NCBI GenBank assembly: GCA_963842085.1
Contig: CAWJET010000001.1
Coordinates: forward strand, 2,688,001 to 2,752,000
Length of the DNA: 64,000 bases
Direction: 5' to 3'
Source of the DNA: an uncultured delta proteobacterium
GTDB taxonomy: Bacteria; Desulfobacterota; Binatia; Binatales; Binataceae
Position 1 is the first letter of the stretch, and every line of letters begins with the position of its first letter. A program made the position numbers and the translations under genes. Shown here one piece after another: positions 57,915-64,000 of this stretch. The notes beneath the pieces are model-generated. The model was not told the DNA's origin, did not search any database, and saw only the letters and a list, made by a program, of their open reading frames with translations.

Positions 57915-59435
57915 GTGCCAAAGGCAAAAAAGAAGCGGCGGCGGCAGCGGCGGATTGACGGGCGCCTTCGACCCGAAATTATCTTCGGATTGGTCGCCGC
58001 AATCGGCACCCCGATCGATCTCTTCACGGAAACATTATCAGAAGCGCTATCCGTGAGGGGTTACAGGAGCGAAACGGTACCCCTGAGCTACTTCGCAAGG
58101 GGCATCCGAATGGAAACTGCACCGCCGCCGGAAGGAGCCGCAGAATATGAGCGCTTGGACAGTCTGATAAAACTGAACAACGAGCTGCGAGAGAAAACCG
58201 GCCGAGGCGATATTCTTGCCCGCTTCGCTGCCGCGAGCATAGGCGCAAAGAGATCCGGGCCGACAGCAGCGATCAGGGATACCGCGTTCATTCTTCGTCA
58301 ACTCAAACATCCGCACGAAGTCCAACTTTTGCGCGAGATATACGGTGAAAGATTTTACCTCATCGGTCTGTATTGCGGCCGCGACGAGCGAGAGAACACT
58401 CTCCACGTTCACGGTAAAATGAAACTGGAACAGGCTCAAGAATTGATAGAGCGAGATCAGTATGAGCCACCGAAATTCGGGCAGAAGTTCCGGGACACAT
58501 TTCATCGCGCGGACGTGTTTGTTCCGTTTTCTCAATCCTCCGATGTGCAGGAAAGGCAGCGAAAGCAAGTCGAACGATTTCTAGCGCTAGTTTTCGACGA
58601 GGATCTGCTGACGCCCACGAGAGATGAATACGGGATGTTTATGGCATTTGCTGCGTCGCTCCGCTCGGCGCAGCGGTCTCGTCAGGTAGGAGCGTCGATA
58701 TTATCTGATAGGGGTGAGGTCTTAAGCGTTGGCACCAATGAAGTCCCGAAGTTTGGGGGCGGCGAATACTGGGAAGGAGACGATCCAGATCAACGCGACC
58801 ATAAACGCGGAGAAGACTCTTCCGAGAAAATGAGAAACAGTATTCTTAATGAAGTTTTCCAGGTTCTCCGTCCCGAATGGAACTCGCTAAGCGAATCTGA
58901 TCGCTCAAAAATCGTCGCTGATACTCGCGAGAAATTAGAGTCCGCCGATGCCCGGATCATGAAACTCACCGAATTTGGTCGCGCTGTACATGCCGAAATG
59001 GCGGCCATTGTGGGGGCTGCGCGCGTGGGGATGTCTGTCTCCGGCGCTACGCTTTATACCACCACCTTCCCATGTCATGTTTGTGCGAAACACATCATAG
59101 ATGCGGGCCTGAAGAGGGTTGTGTACATCGAACCATACCCTAAGAGTTTGGCCGGAGAGCTTCATGAAGACTCTTTGTCGATCGACGAATTCGCTGGTGC
59201 AGGCAAGATTGCCTGCGAACCTTTCTTGGGAATAGCCCCAAGACGTTACGTGGATTTCTATTCAATGACGACGAGAGAGGGGCTGTTGAAAATAAGCGGC
59301 GAGCGCTCTGGAAGTGCGCAAGAAGGCCAGCTAGCCTCCGAAGTCGCGGCGGCAGAATTATCATACGTTCAAAGGGAACGCCTTGCAGCTAAGTTACTGC
59401 AATCGATCTTGCCGAGCGGAACGGGAGGAGGATGA
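57915..59435 (+). CDS. avcD: Anti-phage dCTP deaminase (AvcD-type P-loop kinase-like domain plus Zn deoxycytidylate deaminase)
   Basis: EIIFGLVAAIGT, QLKHPHEV..LR.IYG, SRQVGA, NEVPKFGGG, RAVHAEM, TTFPCHVCAKHII, YIEPYPKS, APRRY; AT-richer than the flanks. Confidence 0.88.
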   Translation: MPKAKKKRRRQRRIDGRLRPEIIFGLVAAIGTPIDLFTETLSEALSVRGYRSETVPLSYFARGIRMETAPPPEGAAEYERLDSLIKLNNELREKTGRGDILARFAAASIGAKRSGPTAAIRDTAFILRQLKHPHEVQLLREIYGERFYLIGLYCGRDERENTLHVHGKMKLEQAQELIERDQYEPPKFGQKFRDTFHRADVFVPFSQSSDVQERQRKQVERFLALVFDEDLLTPTRDEYGMFMAFAASLRSAQRSRQVGASILSDRGEVLSVGTNEVPKFGGGEYWEGDDPDQRDHKRGEDSSEKMRNSILNEVFQVLRPEWNSLSESDRSKIVADTREKLESADARIMKLTEFGRAVHAEMAAIVGAARVGMSVSGATLYTTTFPCHVCAKHIIDAGLKRVVYIEPYPKSLAGELHEDSLSIDEFAGAGKIACEPFLGIAPRRYVDFYSMTTREGLLKISGERSGSAQEGQLASEVAAAELSYVQRERLAAKLLQSILPSGTGGG

Positions 59436-59620
59436 TGGTAGACCTAGTTCGTGAAGATTCGACGAAAGAAGGTCGTAGGATCTGGAAACTAGTCGAGAAG
59501 GTTGCGGCAGGAGCTCCAAAGGATGCGGCGCTGCAGAGCGATCAATTGGAGATAGGCGAGTTCGCTCGCACCCCTTCCGCAAAGGAACAAAGATCTGTCA
59601 AGCGCCGGCGCGGTCGCTGA
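59432..59620 (+). CDS. Small hypothetical protein translationally coupled to the deaminase
   Basis: GGAGGAGG SD (59424-59431) and ATGATG overlapping the deaminase TGA; start at 59432 or 59435. Confidence 0.65.
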   Translation: MMVDLVREDSTKEGRRIWKLVEKVAAGAPKDAALQSDQLEIGEFARTPSAKEQRSVKRRRGR

Positions 59621-59759
59621 TTATGCGCTAAATCCCTTTCAGCTCGTAGATCAAAGGCCCTCTGCTCTACCTAGAAGCATAGGCCCTCGGTCCCAATCGG
59701 GGGGAGGCGCTAGCTTGCGGCGCTTGCGCGAGGCGTCGCGGGCGGCATTAATCTCGTAC

Positions 59760-61457
59760 GTGCCCTCGTTTTACGACTTCGCAATCGTCTGCCAGTCGCT
59801 CAGCCAGACCCAGAGCCGGATTCAGATGGCCGAGACGGTGGGCTCGTTCCTCGCCTCGCTCGATGTCGATGAAGCGGAGATCGCGGCGCGATTCATAGTC
59901 GGCCGCGCGGTCGAGCAGGGCGAGGAGAAGCGCCTCCAGATAAGCGGCCGCGCGATCTGGAAAATCGTTGCGGAGATGACGGACAGCGCCGATCAGGGCG
60001 AGGACATCTTCATCGCCGCCGAAGACTTCGGCGAGGCGGTCGAGATGACGCTCAAGCTTCGCGCCGCCGACCCCGAACCGACGCTCACGATTCGCGAGCT
60101 CAACGAAAAATTCGCCGCGATTGCCGCGATCGAGGGGCGCCACGCACGCAAGCGCAAGCTCGACGCGCTGCGCGAGCTGTTCACGCGCGCGTCGGCATTC
60201 GAGGCCAGGTACATCGCGAAAATTCTGATTGGCGAGATGCGCCATGGGGTGAGCGAGGGCTTGATGCTCGAGGCGATTGCCCGGATGGGCGGGCGGCCGG
60301 TCAGCGAAGTTCGCCGGATTCACATGCTGGAGGCCGACCTCGGCCGCGTGGTGCGAATCATGCGCTCGCCGGGCGCGGAAAAGTCTGTCGCGGAGAAACC
60401 TCTGGCGGACGGGGTCGCCCCTCGCACGCGCGCGGTCAAGCCGCTCAAGCCGATGCTTGCGTTTCCGATCGCGGACGTTGCGGAAGCGTTCGCTACGCTC
60501 GGCCCGGAACTATCATTCGAGCACAAGTTCGACGGCGCGCGCGTGCAGATACATCACGCGGGCGACGGCGGCGTGCGAATTTTCTCGCGCAGGCTGAACG
60601 AGATTACCGAGAGCATTCCCGACGTGGTCGAGGTTGTGAATCGAATCGGCGCGCGCCACGCGATTCTCGACGGTGAAGTGATCGGCGTCGACGCGTCGGG
60701 GCGGCCGGCCGCATTTCAGGATCTGATGCGGCGCTTTGGACGCACGCGCGGCGTCGAGCAGGCACGCGCCGAGCAGGCGCTTAAACTCTACGTGTTCGAC
60801 CTGCTCGCGCTCGACGGCGCGTTGACGATCGATCGCCCGTGGACGGAGAGAATTTCCATGCTCGAGGAACTGCGGTCGTCAGCCGGACTGGAGATTGTCG
60901 AGCGCATCATCAAGCCGAATCTCGCCGATGCCGAAAAATTCTACGCCGACGCAGTCGCCGCCGGATACGAAGGCGTGATGGCGAAGTCGCTCGCGAGCGC
61001 GTACACGCCGGGCGCGCGCGGCCGCGGATGGCTCAAGATAAAGCACACGCACACGCTGGATCTGGTGATCGTCGCGGCCGAGTGGGGCTACGGCCGCCGC
61101 CACGGCTGGCTTTCCAACTACCATCTGGCGGCGCGCGACAAGAGGGGAGGGTTCGCGATGCTCGGCAAGACTTTCAAGGGGCTCAGCGACGAGCAATTCC
61201 GCGCGATGACCGAACGGCTGCTCGCGCTCAAGACCGCCGAGTCGCAAGGCGTCGTGACGGTTCGTCCCGAGGTCGTCGTCGAGGTTGCGTACAATGATAT
61301 CCAGCGCAGTCCGAACTACGATGCCGGAATGGCGTTGCGATTTGCGCGCATCGTGCGCATCCGCGACGACAAATCACCCGAGCAGGCGGATTCAATCGAT
61401 ACTGTGACTGCGAACTACCAGCGGCAGGCAATAAGGCCGCAAGCGGACAAAGCCTGA
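59760..61457 (+). CDS. ATP-dependent DNA ligase with N-terminal DNA-binding domain (LigB/archaeal-like)
   Basis: KPMLA, EHKFDGARVQIH, LDGE, FDLL, EGVMAK, WLKIK, LRFARIVRIRDDK. Confidence 0.93.
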   Translation: MPSFYDFAIVCQSLSQTQSRIQMAETVGSFLASLDVDEAEIAARFIVGRAVEQGEEKRLQISGRAIWKIVAEMTDSADQGEDIFIAAEDFGEAVEMTLKLRAADPEPTLTIRELNEKFAAIAAIEGRHARKRKLDALRELFTRASAFEARYIAKILIGEMRHGVSEGLMLEAIARMGGRPVSEVRRIHMLEADLGRVVRIMRSPGAEKSVAEKPLADGVAPRTRAVKPLKPMLAFPIADVAEAFATLGPELSFEHKFDGARVQIHHAGDGGVRIFSRRLNEITESIPDVVEVVNRIGARHAILDGEVIGVDASGRPAAFQDLMRRFGRTRGVEQARAEQALKLYVFDLLALDGALTIDRPWTERISMLEELRSSAGLEIVERIIKPNLADAEKFYADAVAAGYEGVMAKSLASAYTPGARGRGWLKIKHTHTLDLVIVAAEWGYGRRHGWLSNYHLAARDKRGGFAMLGKTFKGLSDEQFRAMTERLLALKTAESQGVVTVRPEVVVEVAYNDIQRSPNYDAGMALRFARIVRIRDDKSPEQADSIDTVTANYQRQAIRPQADKA

Positions 61458-61475
61458 AGTTCGGCGCGCCGCGAA

Positions 61476-61694
61476 TCAGTGGTGATGATGCTGGACGTGG
61501 TTGGGCTCGTGCGCGTCGCTCAGCGCCATCCCGATAGCTTCGATCTCCGATTGGCCGAAATCCTCGAGCACGAACGCCTCGATGCCGGCGTCGGTTTCGA
61601 CTCGCTCGTAAAGGTCGCAACACCACCAGTCGGGACTCAATTGGCGCGTCCGAAGGACGAAAACGTTACCACCAACCACTTCAACCCGTTCCAT
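61476..61694 (-). CDS. Small acidic hypothetical protein with WWCC motif and His tail
   Basis: SD GAGGAGG 8 nt before ATG 61694; ends HEPNHVQHHHH. Confidence 0.7.
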   Translation of the reverse strand: MERVEVVGGNVFVLRTRQLSPDWWCCDLYERVETDAGIEAFVLEDFGQSEIEAIGMALSDAHEPNHVQHHHH

Positions 61695-61753
61695 AAAAGC
61701 CACCTCCTCGGTCTTGGAATGGCTGCAGGTGCCGGGGTACCAGGATAAATAAA

Positions 61754-61780
61754 TTAGCAGAATTTCATCTATATTGCTAA
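61754..61780. promoter_or_regulatory. CIRCE-spaced inverted repeat
   Basis: TTAGCA-N15-TGCTAA (27 bp) in the AT-rich region upstream of the small gene. Confidence 0.5.
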
Positions 61781-61844
61781 TGCCCGAAGTGTGAAAAGTT
61801 AGCTTGATCGGCGAAGTTTTCAGGTAAATTCGAGGCGCAGATCC

Positions 61845-62405
61845 TTAGCGCTCGGAACGAGTCGAGGCGACCCAGGCAGTCAAGGCATCCGTCGTTGTCG
61901 GGAAGGCGAGGTCGTGCCATGGGATGTCGTCGGGCGCGAAGTAGCGGATCTCGGTTGCCTCGTCGGAGAGCGCTGGTGCGTCGAGCCCTGGTTCGGCGAG
62001 ATAGACGACGACGGTCAGCGATGGGTTCATCGAGTCAGTAAACACTCCCAGCAGCGCCCCGAGCGCGACGCGCATTCCGACTTCTTCACGCGTCTCGCGA
62101 ACGGCGGCGTCGGCGGAGTTCTCGCCGAAATCGACGTAGCCGCCCGGGAACGTCCACTTGCCCACGGCAGGCTCGATGCCGCGGCGGAGCAACAGCACGC
62201 GCCCGGTGTCGATGATGAAGCATCCGGCGACCAGCTTGGGTCCGGGGAAGAGCACGAAGCCGCATCGCGTACAGGCCTTGCGCTCCACGTTCTCGGGCAT
62301 CAGCATTCGAGGCGCCATCGCGTCGCCGCACAGCGGACAGAATTTCACCTTGGCGGGATAGTCGCGCTGCACGCGATGGTTGGCGTGAACCGGGCCGCGT
62401 TTCAT
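61845..62405 (-). CDS. NUDIX hydrolase with N-terminal zinc ribbon
   Basis: FCPLCG...CTRCG; Nudix box GGYVDFGE...AAVRETREEVG; LAFPT. Confidence 0.9.
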   Translation of the reverse strand: MKRGPVHANHRVQRDYPAKVKFCPLCGDAMAPRMLMPENVERKACTRCGFVLFPGPKLVAGCFIIDTGRVLLLRRGIEPAVGKWTFPGGYVDFGENSADAAVRETREEVGMRVALGALLGVFTDSMNPSLTVVVYLAEPGLDAPALSDEATEIRYFAPDDIPWHDLAFPTTTDALTAWVASTRSER

Positions 62406-62409
62406 CGCA

Positions 62410-63996
62410 CTACGCAGTGAGGCGCCGGACCAGCGCTTCGCCAATAAGCAATATCATCGCGGCGACGAGCAGGTACGGATTCATCGAGACACGGCGCTCG
62501 AGCGTGGCGCGCTCGGTCGAGACCTCGGCCGTCGATGGATTGAGACGCCCGCCGGTCGCGGACGCGAGCTTTTCGAGCAGTCCGTAGTTCGGCTCCGGGC
62601 GCGGCAGTTCAGCGTTGACGGACGGGCTGACCGTGAACGCGAGCGGCGGGAACTTCTTGTCCTTGCCGGCCGGCGAACGCACTTCGAAGTAGTAATTGCC
62701 GGGCGCGGGCGCGTCGATCGACCCCGACAGCTCGCCCACGACTTCTTCGGTGAGCGCGGTCTCGGTCGTGGTCCCGTCGGGCCGCGTCACCAGCACCGTC
62801 ACGAGGCGGGCCGCATTGCCGGGCTCGGCGCTGTAATCGGTGAGCTTGATGTTGATGCGCCCGGCGTTGTAGCCGAGTGCGACGTCAATCTTCGGCTCCG
62901 CGGGCATCTCCGGCGTCATCCACGCGAGCAGGCGATCCCAGAGCGGCTGAAAGACATTCGCGGTGACCCACGTTCCGGACCATCGACCGCTCGCGTCCGT
63001 CGTCACCGCCATCACCTTGCCCGCGCCGTACCTCCAGCTCGCGATGACGGGTTCGCGCGTGCCGCCACGCTCGACGTACATGTCCATCGTGGCGCGCGGC
63101 TTGATCTCGGTGGAGACGTAGCCCCTGAGCGGCGGCATCTGCCGCGCCGCGAGATCTTTCAGAATCGCGTCGGGGCTTTCGGAGCGCGGTGTGAATTCCT
63201 TTTCGACCATCGTGATCTCGCCGCCGTGCGCGCGAAAATCCTCGACGAAAAGCTGCGGCAGATTGGTCGGGCTGTCGGTCTGATAGTAGGAACCGCCGCC
63301 GTACTTCGCGATCGCCTGGAGCAGGTCCACGTTGGCGTCCCGGCCGACCGCGATCGTCGAGATCGTCGTGTCTCCATCATGATGCATCCGCGAGACGAGG
63401 TCGTAGTACATCTCGGCGGTGCCGCCGGTCTCGCCGTCGGTGAGGATTACGACGTGCTTGACCTGTGTGCCGCTGTTGCCGAGCGTGCGTTCGGCCTCGC
63501 GCAGCGCGGGAATCAGGAAGGTCTGGCCGTGAGCTGAGAGCCGGTTGATCATCTGATCGAAATACGGCCGGCTCTGCGCAACCGACTGCAGCGGGATGAC
63601 GACAAACGGTTGCGAGTCGAACCCGATGACGCCGATCAAGTCGTTGTCCTTGAGCGTTTTGGTGACGGTCTCGGCGGCGGCCTTGGCATAAGTGAGTTTG
63701 TCGTTGCGGCCCATCGAGCCCGACTTGTCGATGATCAAAACCAGCGCGCGTTTCTTTTCCTTGTGCTGCGGAGGCTTCATCGTAACCGGCATGACGGCGG
63801 CAAGTGGACTGTCCGAATAGCCGCCAAGGCCGAAACTCGAATCGCCGCCGACCATCGCGAGCGAACCGCCGCGACTCACGTACGCCGCCATCGCGTTCTG
63901 CGCGGCCGGCGCGATCCGTTCGCTCGGCACGTTGTTGATCAATACCGCGTCGTAACCCGCGACGGAGCCGTTCCACGTCCCGCCGGTGACGGGCAC
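62410..63996 (-). CDS. vWA / glutamine amidotransferase-like protein, paralog of 29436-32021, 5' end outside the window
   Basis: DKSGSM, FDSQP, ILTDG, WRYGAG, PNYGLLEKLA.ATGG. Confidence 0.88.
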   Translation of the reverse strand: MPVTGGTWNGSVAGYDAVLINNVPSERIAPAAQNAMAAYVSRGGSLAMVGGDSSFGLGGYSDSPLAAVMPVTMKPPQHKEKKRALVLIIDKSGSMGRNDKLTYAKAAAETVTKTLKDNDLIGVIGFDSQPFVVIPLQSVAQSRPYFDQMINRLSAHGQTFLIPALREAERTLGNSGTQVKHVVILTDGETGGTAEMYYDLVSRMHHDGDTTISTIAVGRDANVDLLQAIAKYGGGSYYQTDSPTNLPQLFVEDFRAHGGEITMVEKEFTPRSESPDAILKDLAARQMPPLRGYVSTEIKPRATMDMYVERGGTREPVIASWRYGAGKVMAVTTDASGRWSGTWVTANVFQPLWDRLLAWMTPEMPAEPKIDVALGYNAGRINIKLTDYSAEPGNAARLVTVLVTRPDGTTTETALTEEVVGELSGSIDAPAPGNYYFEVRSPAGKDKKFPPLAFTVSPSVNAELPRPEPNYGLLEKLASATGGRLNPSTAEVSTERATLERRVSMNPYLLVAAMILLIGEALVRRLTA

Positions 63997-64000
63997 GACG

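Noticed and set aside
59760-62405. DNA ligase and NUDIX hydrolase as parts of the deaminase defence system
   Set aside because: They have host-like GC and lie outside the direct-repeat-bounded island; only adjacency supports a link.

Overview
A GC-rich bacterial chromosomal window, densely coding, with about 57 CDSs. I found no tRNA, rRNA, CRISPR array or intact transposase. The gene mix (FadE-type acyl-CoA dehydrogenases, LLM/F420-type oxidoreductases, a DZR-cyclase-STAND-TPR protein, MoxR/vWA operons, a stand-alone HTH_17) suggests Candidatus Binatota or a similar soil lineage (inference). The strongest accessory signal is a visibly AT-richer ~1.9 kb cassette (57800-59727) bounded by an 11-bp direct repeat. 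It carries an anti-phage AvcD-type kinase-dCTP deaminase, preceded by a structured ~70-nt leader that is also an in-frame 22-codon uORF, and followed by a translationally coupled 61-62-aa unknown ORF. Other oddities: a circularly permuted nucleotide pyrophosphatase/phosphodiesterase; a YfhL ferredoxin-zinc ribbon fusion bracketed by 33-bp inverted repeats of a REP/REPIN-like family; a higB-higA pair fused by a 1-nt deletion; a frameshifted outer-membrane protein; and a small His-tailed protein behind a CIRCE-spaced palindrome. Product calls come from motif recognition by eye; no database search was run.
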